Below are positions 10,201-19,400 of a stretch of DNA of 37,240 nucleotides, in pieces. The stretch comes from Gemmataceae bacterium (GTDB taxonomy: Bacteria > Planctomycetota > Planctomycetia > Gemmatales > Gemmataceae): the NCBI GenBank assembly GCA_009691815.1, contig SIAL01000001.1, forward strand, positions 1 through 37,240, written 5' to 3'. The notes under the pieces are model-generated. The model was not told the origin of the DNA. It saw only the letters and a list, made by a program, of their open reading frames with translations, and did not search any database. Position 1 is the stretch's first letter. The number at the start of each line of letters is the position of its first letter. The position numbers and the translations under genes are program-made.

Positions 10201-10300
10201 TTGTTGCCACCAACAAAGGGTCTTGACCATGGACCAAGCTCTGGACCATGAACCAACTCATGCCCAAAAACAAACAACGGTAAAGGGTTCGGTTAAGCAT
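7220..10300 (-). CDS. PVC-type heme-binding CxxCH protein (membrane-bound dehydrogenase-like domain + HEAT repeats + C-terminal cytochrome c)
   Basis: N-terminal LKVPPGFKIQLVAAEPDIHKPMNLAWDDQGRLWV block, a central helical repeat region, and C-terminal KHCANCHQIGGMGAKVGPQLDGIG heme-c motif. Start trimmed to MLNRTLYRCLFLGMSWFMVQSLVHG (ATG 10298-10300, signal peptide). Confidence 0.9.
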   Translation of the reverse strand: MLNRTLYRCLFLGMSWFMVQSLVHGQDPLLVATTEALSPAEELKALKVPPGFKIQLVAAEPDIHKPMNLAWDDQGRLWVTSTLEYPYPAKDLKTARDKVHILSDFDEQGKAQKVTTFAEGLNIPIGLLPLPGSSPRRALVFHIGEIMLLEDTDGDGKADKRTTILKGYGSRDTHGMTNAFTHSPDGWIYATHGFANDSEIRGTDGRSLKLQSGNTYRFRPDGTGLEQYTHGQVNPFGLAMDEWGNLYTADCHTRPVYGLLRGAFYPSFGKPHDGLGYGPEMCKHDHGSTGIAGCLIYAGSQFPKEFQGNIFLGNVVTSRINRDRIDFRGSSPVAVELPDLVVSKDAWFRPVDLKTGPDGGIYVADFYNRIIGHYEVPLTHPGRDRFRGRIWRVVADKDVLPNPSKVGDLTNLPTESLINLLGNPQRDLAIRASHVLFGQIMGQKNPTTSEGFQAVWNTAKEAPTIQAQIMALWIASRVPDQNEKRDQLIRASLESKSPLLRGHAIRVLMESPKANPVLVDQLRKTGLTDSSHMVRRIASEGLGRLPATGNIDPLLEAANTTPKTDDHLTHALKISLRNQLLPGVDAWKEAQKPGRPEDQRRLIALASLGVPSQEAASYLAQHVNILATNDESLSLAFKHIGRWGAKEDLLMASIALSGRTLQRTNLSLLRDLIQGLRESGRPLPDFVNGQAVTLTLEGLEGRDQGRKDNAILLASDLHLKQAAPTLEKIIRSKDQNAQRRLSAAQAWSAIALELAFKTMLELLSDASDSINFREQIATQVGKVQQTGLMDQLVIILKPLPYRLQLASTRELAAHRGGAQVVFNALSQSHLPPRLVRDRVVAARLEGSGVDKARELVKKYDLAVPPGDGSFDALLKTRLAMYSKGSPMVDKGKELFTKHCANCHQIGGMGAKVGPQLDGIGLRGLERLCEDILDPSRNVDQAFRQSVIALKNGQIQTGLVTKNEGNLVILVDALGKDIPIERTNIEEQKVTTLSPMPANFAEAMNESEFRNLLGYLLSQRIAPLAGK

Positions 10301-10479
10301 GTTAGGCCTTGAAATCCACAAGGAATGAAAAGGAAAAGGCGGGCAGGGGGGCACCAAGGGGCGGCAATGGCAATTTCGACAGGTTTTTCACAACCCGTTG
10401 TCGTCGGCCCTCATCGCTGGGATGAACTCCGCCGTCGCAAGCCCTAAACTAACCATAGGGATCAAGGTGACCTAAGACG

Positions 10480-11865
10480 ATGACAAATGCCCGTGTGGAA
10501 CTGCTCACAGGCAGATTGGCGGAAAAGGCATTGAGGCGACTGGTGGGGCAGTGGGGCCCAATCGCCGATTTTGAACTGGTTGTTATTGTCCTCCCTATCA
10601 ATGTGGTTTCGCTGGCAACGCTTGATTGGATTGGCCGTCACCATTCCCCTGGCGTTGGCACCTGTCGGATCATTATTCCCGGTCTGTGCCAAGGCAATCT
10701 CGAAACCCTTGGCCAAAAGTGGACCATCCTCGTTGAACGGGGCCCTGAGGATTACCGGGATTTGCCGGAGTTTTTCAAACTTGCGGCCAATCCGGTGGAC
10801 CTTTCCCGCCACTCCATTCAGGTCTTGGCGGAAATCAACCATGCCCAGACCCTTTCTCTCAATGAAATTCTAAATCAGGCACAAATCTGGCGTAACCATG
10901 GCGCGGACCTGATGGATTTGGGGGTCGATCCGGGGGGGCCTTGGACAGGGGTGAGTGATGCGGTCAAAGCCCTGAAAGATGACGGGCATCGGGTTTCGAT
11001 TGATAGTTTTGATTCCACGGAGGTGGCAATCGCCGTTGCTGCGGGTGCGGAACTTGTCCTAAGCGTAAATCAATTCAATCGAGAAAAAGCCCCGGATTGG
11101 GGGGTCGAAGTGGTGGCGATTCCCGACCATCCTGCCGAATTATCAACCCTTTGGAACACCGTCGAATTTTTGCAGGCCAAAGGCGTTTCTCACCGGCTTG
11201 ACCCCATCCTTGAACCCATAGGTCACGGCTTTGGTGCCTCGCTCTTGCGCTATGTGGAAACTCGAAAGCGCTATTCTGATGCCGCCATTATGATGGGAAT
11301 TGGGAACCTCACTGAGATGACCCAGGTCGATTCGGCCGGGGTAAATTTTCTTTTGTTGGCGCTGTGTCAGGAATGGAATATCACAAGCATTTTGACCACC
11401 GAGGTTGCTGGTTGGTGTCACAACTCGGTAAAAGAATGCGAGCGTATTCGAAGGGTGGTGTTTCACAGTATCGGTGAAGGGGTCGTCCCCAAACGCCTCG
11501 ATGCCGGTTTGGTTGTTGTTGGTGAGTCCAAAAGGCGGAAAACCGAACCGGGTGCTTTGGATGAAATTGCTGGTTGTCTAACCGACAAAAATGTCCGAAT
11601 ATTTGCCGAAAATGGCCAAATCGAAGTGATGAACGGACATTTTCGTTTTAGCGGAGAAGACCCATTCCTTCTTTTTGAAAAGATTCAAGCGATCGAAACC
11701 ATGAACCCGGCACACGCCTTTTATTTGGGTTATGAAATGGCAAAAGCGGTTACCGCTTTGACCCTTGGCAAACAGTATCGCCAAGACGCGGCACTCAACT
11801 GGGGCCACCTCACTGTTCCAGAAAAAACCCATCTTAAAAATCGAAATAGTAGGGAGATCCTTTGA
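10480..11865 (+). CDS. Long dihydropteroate synthase-like (pterin-binding) protein with extra N- and C-terminal domains
   Basis: The central region aligns by eye to the DHPS barrel: ADLMDLGVDPGG, VSIDSFDSTEVAIAVAAGAELVLSVN, LDPILEPIGHGFG, IMMGIGNLTE. There is a ~110-aa N-terminal extension and a ~100-aa C-terminal domain (AHAFYLGYEMAKAVTALTLGKQYRQD). At 461 aa it is much longer than canonical FolP (~280 aa). Confidence 0.8.
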   Translation: MTNARVELLTGRLAEKALRRLVGQWGPIADFELVVIVLPINVVSLATLDWIGRHHSPGVGTCRIIIPGLCQGNLETLGQKWTILVERGPEDYRDLPEFFKLAANPVDLSRHSIQVLAEINHAQTLSLNEILNQAQIWRNHGADLMDLGVDPGGPWTGVSDAVKALKDDGHRVSIDSFDSTEVAIAVAAGAELVLSVNQFNREKAPDWGVEVVAIPDHPAELSTLWNTVEFLQAKGVSHRLDPILEPIGHGFGASLLRYVETRKRYSDAAIMMGIGNLTEMTQVDSAGVNFLLLALCQEWNITSILTTEVAGWCHNSVKECERIRRVVFHSIGEGVVPKRLDAGLVVVGESKRRKTEPGALDEIAGCLTDKNVRIFAENGQIEVMNGHFRFSGEDPFLLFEKIQAIETMNPAHAFYLGYEMAKAVTALTLGKQYRQDAALNWGHLTVPEKTHLKNRNSREIL

Positions 11866-13328
11866 TTTCGCAACATGGGGAGGTTTGGGTTTGCCCTTGG
11901 GACGATGGGCCCACTCCTGAGGAATTGTTCAAGATTCTAGCCGGTCATTCGCATGTCGCCTGGTTGGATAGCGCCGTCAATCCCCATGGGTTGGGACGAT
12001 GGTCCTATATGGCAAAAGACCCTTGGAAAATCATTTCAGGCCGAGTGGGGCGCTTTGAGGTGAAAGGAACATGTTCCTTTTCCGACGACCCTTGGCAACT
12101 TTGGGAAAGCCAGCAAACCCCACATTCCAAACCAGATTCGAACTCAAGCCTGCCGCCGTTCCAGGGGGGCTGGATTTTTTCGTTGGGTTATGAATTGGGT
12201 CGAACCACGGAGCAGCTTCCAAAGGCATTGCACGACGAGTTTGAAACACCCGACTTGTGGGCTGGCGCCTACGACACCATTGTGGCTTGGGACCACGAGG
12301 AGGGGCAATGTTTTGTCCTAAGTTCCGGCAAAAGCGCCGACAAAGAAACCGATCGCAAAGCCAAAGCAAGCGCCTCGATTCTTGCCATAATGAACTTGCG
12401 ACCGAAAGAAACCAGTGGATTTCCAAAGCGCGGGTTGATTGAAGTCAGTCCGCCGGGCCGAGTTTGTGTCCCGTTGCCCCGTTTTCCTCACCTTTTGGTG
12501 TATAGCCCCATCATACGATCCGCCTTTGAGGAGAATGTCGCAAAAGTTGTGGAGTACATTCACGCAGGGGATTGCTTTCAGGTCAATTTGGCACAAAGAC
12601 TATTGAGTCGCCTTAAAGGCGCACCTGAGGAGCTCTACTTGACACTAAGGCGTGTCAATCCGGCTCCATTTGCTGGATATTTGGACATGGGAGACACGGT
12701 TGTGGCGAGTGCTTCTCCCGAACGGTTTTTGCGACTTGGCCCAGAGGGTTGGGTGGAAACAAGGCCGATCAAGGGAACCCGCCGACGGGGAACGACCCCT
12801 GCGGAGGATGATGCTTTGGCGAGAGAGCTTTTGTTGAGCGCAAAGGATCGGGCGGAAAATGTGATGATCGTGGACCTAATGCGCAATGATTTGGGCCGTG
12901 TATGTCGTCCGGGATCGATTTCCGTGGATGAGGTGTGTCGGTTGGAAAGTTATCGGACGGTACACCATTTGGTCAGCGTGATTCGGGGTCGGCTTGGGGA
13001 AAACAAAAAGCCCGGTGACTTGCTTCGGGCCACCTTTCCCGGAGGATCGGTGACAGGAGCGCCAAAAATTCGGGCCATGGAGATCATCACCGAACTGGAA
13101 AAGGTGGCTCGGGGACCCTATTGCGGGTCGATTGGTTGGTTGGGGGATAACCAACAAATGGATACGAACATCCTGATTCGCACCTTCACCGCCAAGGGTG
13201 GATGGGTTCAGTTTCCCGTTGGTGGAGGCATCGTTGCCGATTCAATCCCCGCCATGGAGTACGAGGAGACCTTGCACAAAGCCGAAGGACTCTTGCGGGC
13301 AATTTCCCATCGAATAGGCGGAATTTGA
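11862..13328 (+). CDS. pabB: Aminodeoxychorismate synthase component I (chorismate-binding enzyme, PabB-like)
   Basis: C-terminal chorismate-binding signature: ENVMIVDLMRND, FPGGSVTGAPKIRAMEIITELE, RGPYCGSIGW. The TTG start overlaps the upstream stop (TTGA), so the start is uncertain. PabB versus TrpE/other family members cannot be separated by eye; the DHPS-like neighbour favours PabB. Confidence 0.85.
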   Translation: MISQHGEVWVCPWDDGPTPEELFKILAGHSHVAWLDSAVNPHGLGRWSYMAKDPWKIISGRVGRFEVKGTCSFSDDPWQLWESQQTPHSKPDSNSSLPPFQGGWIFSLGYELGRTTEQLPKALHDEFETPDLWAGAYDTIVAWDHEEGQCFVLSSGKSADKETDRKAKASASILAIMNLRPKETSGFPKRGLIEVSPPGRVCVPLPRFPHLLVYSPIIRSAFEENVAKVVEYIHAGDCFQVNLAQRLLSRLKGAPEELYLTLRRVNPAPFAGYLDMGDTVVASASPERFLRLGPEGWVETRPIKGTRRRGTTPAEDDALARELLLSAKDRAENVMIVDLMRNDLGRVCRPGSISVDEVCRLESYRTVHHLVSVIRGRLGENKKPGDLLRATFPGGSVTGAPKIRAMEIITELEKVARGPYCGSIGWLGDNQQMDTNILIRTFTAKGGWVQFPVGGGIVADSIPAMEYEETLHKAEGLLRAISHRIGGI

Positions 13329-13424
13329 GCGGATCCCAATCTTTGGCCCTAGGGGACGAAACAGGACCGAAACCGTAGAATTCCTCAGTGGGTATTAGAG
13401 CTGGAATCTTAGGTGGAAAACGGA

Positions 13425-14624
13425 ATGTTAGGCATTTCAAAGATGGCGGCCGGGGTGGAACCTTCGGCAACTTTGGCGGCGGCGGCAAGGGCGAGGCAGC
13501 TCAAGTCCGAAGGCAAAGATGTTCTCGATTTTAGTGTCGGTGAACCCGACTTCCCCACTCCAAAGTTTATTTGCGATGCTGGAAGCCTTGCCATTACACA
13601 GGGAAAAACACGATATACCCCTGCTTCAGGGACTGTCGAACTGCGTAAAACCATCGCCTCATGGTATGAGTCGGAGTACGGCCTTTTGGTCACCCAGGAA
13701 CAAGTAATAGTTTCCGGCGGGGCCAAGCAATCCATTCACAATACCTTGGCGGCATTGGTTGGGCCGGGCGACGAGGTTATCATTCCCACCCCGTATTGGG
13801 TTAGCTATGGTGATTTGGTAAAGATGACCGGAGCAACCGCGGTTTTGGTTCAAACCACACTTGATAGCGGTTTCAAAATGACCCGGGAACAGCTTGAAGG
13901 GGCAATCACTCCGCGAACCAAACTTTTAATGCTCAATTCCCCTTCCAACCCGACCGGGGTGGTTTATTCTAGATACCAACTCGAGGCATTTGCCGAGGTG
14001 GTTGTCGCTCGAAATATTGGAGTTATTTCGGATGAAATATATGAGAAATTGGTATTTGGTAATACCAAGGCCACATGTTTTGCCACCCTCCATCCAGCCT
14101 TGGCTGAACGGGTTATCACCATTAGCGGCGTGAGTAAAACCTATGCCATGACCGGATGGCGTATCGGTTGGGCCATCGGGCCCAAACATGTTGTATCCGC
14201 CATGGGAAACATTCAAAGCCAAGAGACCAGCAATCCCTCCAGCATTAGCCAAGAAGCGGCTCGGGCCGCCCTTACCGGCGATCAGGCGTTTCTTGAACCG
14301 ATGATAAAAGAATTTGAGGCTCGGCGGGATTTGATTTGTTCCGGGCTGAACAAAATCCCGGGCATTCGGTGTTTTGTGCCCGATGGGGCCTTTTATGCTT
14401 TCTTTGATATTTCAGGTACATTTGGCAAATCGGTTGCCGGCGGCCCATTCCATACCGACACGGAATTTTGCCAAGCCGCTTTGGATCATGCTTTGGTTTG
14501 CTTGGTTCAAGGATCCGCGTTTGGCGCCCCGGGCCATGCGCGATTGAGCTTTGCGGCAAGTCGATCCCAACTTGAAGAAGGACTTAGGCGGCTGTCCCAT
14601 TGGTTGGCAAAAACATCCCCCTAA
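13425..14624 (+). CDS. Pyridoxal-phosphate-dependent class I aminotransferase (aspartate aminotransferase-like)
   Basis: PSATL...GKDVLDFSVGEPDFPTP N-terminus, NSPSNPTG, and PLP-lysine block SGVSKTYAMTGWRIGW. I prefer ATG 13425 (AGGTGG 8 nt upstream) over the GTG at 13413 used by the ORF track. Confidence 0.9.
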   Translation: MLGISKMAAGVEPSATLAAAARARQLKSEGKDVLDFSVGEPDFPTPKFICDAGSLAITQGKTRYTPASGTVELRKTIASWYESEYGLLVTQEQVIVSGGAKQSIHNTLAALVGPGDEVIIPTPYWVSYGDLVKMTGATAVLVQTTLDSGFKMTREQLEGAITPRTKLLMLNSPSNPTGVVYSRYQLEAFAEVVVARNIGVISDEIYEKLVFGNTKATCFATLHPALAERVITISGVSKTYAMTGWRIGWAIGPKHVVSAMGNIQSQETSNPSSISQEAARAALTGDQAFLEPMIKEFEARRDLICSGLNKIPGIRCFVPDGAFYAFFDISGTFGKSVAGGPFHTDTEFCQAALDHALVCLVQGSAFGAPGHARLSFAASRSQLEEGLRRLSHWLAKTSP

Positions 14625-14669
14625 TTTTCCAAATAGTAAGTCTGGTCACAATCTAGGAGGAGCGGTTTC

Positions 14670-15644
14670 ATGGCACTTTTCATCGATGAAGTTCATGTCC
14701 GAAGACTTTTGGATTGGGGCTTGGCGTTGGAAGTTGTCGAGAAAGCGTTTCGAAAGATCGGCCTAGAAGAAGCCACCAACACCCCAAGAAGCCGCGGACA
14801 AACCGATCATGTTCATGCCTACGCCATGATTGGGGGTGCCAAGGGCATGGCCGCCCTTGGCGTTAAGATTCAAACAACCCATAGCAAGTCCCGCCCCGAA
14901 ACCATGTTGGCTTTGTTTGATGCCAAATTGGGCGGACTAACCTGTTTAATGAAGGCAGCTTACCTTGACCAAATTCGGTGTGGGGCCTCGGGTGCCGTTG
15001 CCATCAAAACGCTGGCCCGAATGGATGCCCACACGGTTGGTATTTTGGGTTCGGGAACGCAAGCCCGGATGCAGCTTCGAGGGGCTGCGTTGGTACGAAA
15101 TCTTAAGAGTGTAAGAGTTTTTTCCCCTACTCGAGAAAACCGAGAATCGTTTGCCCGGGAGATGGCAGGGGAAACCGGGCTAGAGGTTCATGCCGTAAAC
15201 ACCGCGCAGGAAGCGGTCGTTGGGGCGGATTTAATCCTCTTGGCGACAACCGCCCGCGAACCGATCCTCGAGGCTGAGTGGATTTCTCCCGGGGCCCATA
15301 TCAATGCCATGGGTGCCACCTTTTTAGGCAAGGTAGAGGTCCACCCCAATGTATTCCTCAAAACCGGGTTGGTTGTTGTGGACCATAGGGAAAGTGCCCG
15401 GCTTGAGGCGGGAGACCTAGTGGAACCGATTGAATCCGGTGCTCTTCATTGGCGAGACATCCACGATTTGGGGCCGCTTCTTGTGGGTCGTTATGAAGGC
15501 AGAACTTCGGAAGATCAGATCACCTTATTCAAAGGGGTGGGGCTTGCCGTTTGTGATGTTTGCCTTGGTCAGGCCGTTTTGGAAAGGGCAATTGCTGAGG
15601 GGATTGGACACGAGGTCCCATGGGGCCAATGCAATGGCATTTAA
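14670..15644 (+). CDS. Ornithine cyclodeaminase/mu-crystallin family NAD(P)-dependent enzyme
   Basis: Family-typical layout with Rossmann loop VGILGSGTQARMQ and HINAMGA block. AGGAGG sits 9 nt upstream of the ATG. Confidence 0.85.
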   Translation: MALFIDEVHVRRLLDWGLALEVVEKAFRKIGLEEATNTPRSRGQTDHVHAYAMIGGAKGMAALGVKIQTTHSKSRPETMLALFDAKLGGLTCLMKAAYLDQIRCGASGAVAIKTLARMDAHTVGILGSGTQARMQLRGAALVRNLKSVRVFSPTRENRESFAREMAGETGLEVHAVNTAQEAVVGADLILLATTAREPILEAEWISPGAHINAMGATFLGKVEVHPNVFLKTGLVVVDHRESARLEAGDLVEPIESGALHWRDIHDLGPLLVGRYEGRTSEDQITLFKGVGLAVCDVCLGQAVLERAIAEGIGHEVPWGQCNGI

Positions 15645-15656
15645 TGGCCATTGCAT
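15629..15656. other. Perfect 10-bp hairpin at a convergent gene junction (possible bidirectional terminator)
   Basis: atgcaatggc / gccattgcat with an 8-nt loop that contains the stop codon of the 14670-15644 gene. It lies between convergent genes. There is no clean T-run on either side, so function is uncertain. Confidence 0.3.
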
Positions 15657-15670
15657 CTCGCTCGCATTCG

Positions 15671-16387
15671 CTATTTGCCTTTTAATGGTTTTTTTTCCGG
15701 CCCGTTAGCCTCGGAACCGGATTCCAAGGCCATCCATTTGGTGTCAAGTTTCCCCATCAATTTCAATTGGCCAATTTGCACCTCACCCTTTTCGGCCAAA
15801 AACTCAACCTGCTTGGGTTGATTCATGACCTTTGGAAAAACGCTTCCAAACTGGAATGTGCCGAACTTGACCGAGCTTTTTTGATCGTCAATTTGCCAAT
15901 CCACGGCAATGGGGCGCTTGCCCATGTCCTTTAGTTTGTAGGCTTGTTGGCTCAGGTTTTTTCCTAAAACCTGAAGAATCACTTTGTTGGAGGTTGTCGT
16001 TGGCTTACCCATAACAAGCTCGATCTTATCCGTCGTTTGAATCAGGGTGCCATGGGGATTGGTGGGGAGGATCAAAGTGACGATGCGGACATCATCCCAA
16101 ACCGCTTTGTGCCGAAGGACTGAGCCAACGGGAAGCGTGATCGAACCCTTTTGAAGCCTCAAGCCTTCCTGGGGGGTGAAGTCGTCTAGCTGGGATTTGT
16201 TGATAAAGGAATAGGTCAAGTTTACGCGATTGGTGGCTTTATCAATTTCCAGTTTGCCCGCAAATCGTTTTTTTAAGGATGCCCAATCGGGGCCGTCTCC
16301 TCCGACGGGATCTTGGGCGGTTCCCAAATGAACCACCAACCCAAGGCTAAGGGTTAAAAAACAAAGGGCCAAGGCACACCGCACCAT
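15671..16387 (-). CDS. Secreted hypothetical protein (238 aa)
   Basis: ATG start and signal peptide MVRCALALCFLTLSLGLVVHLGTAQDP, followed by beta-rich-looking sequence and a Lys-rich C-terminal tail. It lies 40 nt downstream of the 1018-aa gene. Confidence 0.7.
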   Translation of the reverse strand: MVRCALALCFLTLSLGLVVHLGTAQDPVGGDGPDWASLKKRFAGKLEIDKATNRVNLTYSFINKSQLDDFTPQEGLRLQKGSITLPVGSVLRHKAVWDDVRIVTLILPTNPHGTLIQTTDKIELVMGKPTTTSNKVILQVLGKNLSQQAYKLKDMGKRPIAVDWQIDDQKSSVKFGTFQFGSVFPKVMNQPKQVEFLAEKGEVQIGQLKLMGKLDTKWMALESGSEANGPEKKPLKGK

Positions 16388-16427
16388 GATGACCTTATTT
16401 CTGGGCCAAAAAACGGCCCGTGAAAAG

Positions 16428-19400
16428 CTACCCTTCTTTGTTCAAAAAGAGAACCAACCCAACGGAGGCCAGATCCACGAGGAGGCCGCAGATGGATAAA
16501 AGGCGAGCTTTGCCCGGTTTGATTCCTTGCGAGGATCCAAGCATTCCTAGTTGGACCAGTAAATCCAAACTGGCAAAAACGCCACCCACTAAAATTTTAT
16601 TGCCGTTAATCCCCAAACTGGATTTTAACCAATGATTGTCCAGCAGCATTCCACAAGGCACGGCAACCAGAATGGCGACACCGATCAACAGTAGGAAAGA
16701 GGTGATCGATTCCCCAAGGAGAGAGATTAGTGCCTCTCCACCGGTTTTTCCCGAATAAGCCGGGTCATGGACCAGTGGGAAAAGGAGTAATGCTTTAACA
16801 AGGGCCGCGATCAAGAGGCCTACTAATAGCCAAATCAAGAGAGGAGAGATCTTGAAATTGCTAAAGACTCCAAGGATGTTGGAATAGTCGTCGGTCCAAA
16901 GGGCAAGGTTGGGGTTGGGGGTAGGTTCCAACCAACAGGGTTCCCAAAGTTGGGCCACGCCGGCCAAAGTGGTTCCCAGATCGGAAACAGGGCCAAATGG
17001 CATAATGGCCAAAGGCTGGGCGATTCCCAAGGTAGTTCCCGTTTGAACCGCCGTGTTTAGCGGGCCCATCAATCGGGAAAGGTCGCTTGGTTTTCGCGCC
17101 AAAGCAACCCAGGTGGAAGCACTTTTCCCGATGTGGTCTTCTGTGGAATCGCTATTCACCAAAATGGCCATATTGCGCTTCTCGGCAAGATTGGCCAGCA
17201 CGGGTTCCAAGCGGAGGTACCGATTGCTCACATGAAACACAATGATCCCATCTTCCGTCAGGCGATCGAGGTAGACAGACATTGCCTCGTTGGTAAGCAG
17301 GTGAACTGGAATGGCATCCGAGCTGAAAGCATCCACGGCAATGATGGAATATTTGGTGGTCCCGGAAAACTTGGGCTTTTGCAAAGTTACCCGCGCGTCA
17401 CCCAAAATGAGCTGGAGCTTCGCACCGCGTTCGCTAGCCAATTGGGTGTAATGGAAAAACGCCTTCTTTTCATCGAAGGAAATGTCCTTTACTAGGGGGT
17501 CAATGTCATAAAAGTCAAATTGTTGTCCTTCATGGGCGTAGGTAGCCAAGGTCCCTGTCCCCAAACCGATAACGGCAACCGCCGGGTAAACACCTTTGGC
17601 GTTTTTGTTGCCATAGTTTTCAAGAACCTGACCAATGGGGCCGGTACGATGGTAATAAGTAAGCGGAATAGCCCTAAGGTTTTCGTTTACCGGTTGCATC
17701 CCGTGAAGGGTCGTTCCGTGAAGCAGGCGGGTAAATTCCACCCCTGATTCGATTTGCTTCTCAATTTTCAAAGCTCCGAAAAAACCCCGGGATTGCCAGA
17801 CGGCGGATTTGTCAAACATCCCGGCAAAAGTGGATCCGGCTATCACCGAAGCCACACCAAGGGCAAAACGCATGGGACGATCGACAAGGGTGTAACAAAG
17901 GATACAGGGAACACCATACATCAGGATGTAAAGGCCCCCTCGGAACATATCCGGCGATTGGAACATTTTCAGAAAGGGTATGGGGCTGGGTTCCGCGCCT
18001 GAGAACCAATTTTGAATGGGATAGTAAATGGTGTTGGAATAGACCCCAAGATTGAGCCCAATCGTCAAAACACCAAACGCCGCAGGCAAGGCGAGGTCAA
18101 AAACTTCGGCACCACCTAACTTTCCACGAAACCAAAGGTTCGTGGCCCAAACCACGCCAAAACCTGTGAGAAGGGCAAAAAGCCAAGCTCCTGAAATCAC
18201 TTGGCTTGACCCATCCCGATCCCAACTTCGGATGGTAATGAAAACCATGGTGAAAAACACCGCGCCAACGGCTAATAAAAGGTCGGCAAGCCGAGTGAAT
18301 TTGGTATCCGCGGCCACCCCAAGCGGAGGCACAAGCATACAAGCAACAACAAGGGCGACCTGATACTCCGCAATGGTGGGGAAAAGCATCGGTGCAAGCA
18401 ACCCGTTAAATAGGCCCCCAACAACACCTCCTAGCGACATATAGAGGTAAAAAGAGGTCAGGTTCTCCGGGGCGGGCCGACTTCGAGCCAACTCGCCGTG
18501 ACAAACCATGGAGACTAAAAATAGAACGGCGAGGTGAACCCCGATCAGGTTCATAATATCCTGCCCCGGTTTGATTCCCGAAAGCATGAGGAATAACAAA
18601 AGCAGAACACCTAGGGGCATCAACAGAATCATAGTGAAATGGACACCCGCCGGGATACGGGCAAACACCAAGATGAAAGACAAAAGGTAAATGGCCAATG
18701 GGGCTACCCAAAGGAGCGGGATTGCTGCAATATCTGTGGTCATGTAAGTGGTGGCGCCAAGCATCAAACTGGAAGGGACCGCTCCCAAAAATATCCAGCG
18801 AAGTATTATTGACTGGGGGATCGGTTTGGCCGGGTTATTCGATGCTTGGGTAGAAGTCTCGCGGACCGAATCCGGTGCGATTCTCAAAAGCCATGCGCAC
18901 ACTCCGGTGAAGATTACCAAGACCCCATACCCCATTCCCCAGCCCCATCGCTGATGTTCCAAAGTAAGGTAGGGTTCGACAAAGGCGGGATAGCCTATGA
19001 GGGCGATCATGCTTCCTAGATTGCTTGCAGCATAGAGGAAATAGGGATCCGAAGCTGCGGGGTGTCCAGTTCGACTAAACCAACGCTGAAGAAGCGGGGC
19101 GCTGGCGGAAACAATGAAAAAAGGAATACCCGCCGAAAGAAATAAAACTCCCAAGAGCTTTGGAATGAGAAAACTCTCGGTGTCGGAAAGCAAATCTTCA
19201 TGAATGGTGATCGGAAAAACAAAAAGGAACGGGATCATCATTAGAGCAAGATGAACGATACTCTGGCGACGGACACCCAGATACTTTGTTGAAAAGTGGG
19301 CGTAGGAATATCCTCCCAAAAGAAGGGCCTGAAAAAACACCATGCAGGTATTCCATACCGCCGGTGTTCCCCCAAGCAGCGGAAGGATCAATTTGCCCAC

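Noticed and set aside
16388-16427. Short hairpin gggcc-N7-ggccc between the 1018-aa and 238-aa genes, considered as a possible terminator.
   Set aside because: The stem is only 5 bp. The T-run lies in the loop rather than after the stem. The downstream gene starts about 20 nt later, so read-through and co-transcription are more likely.
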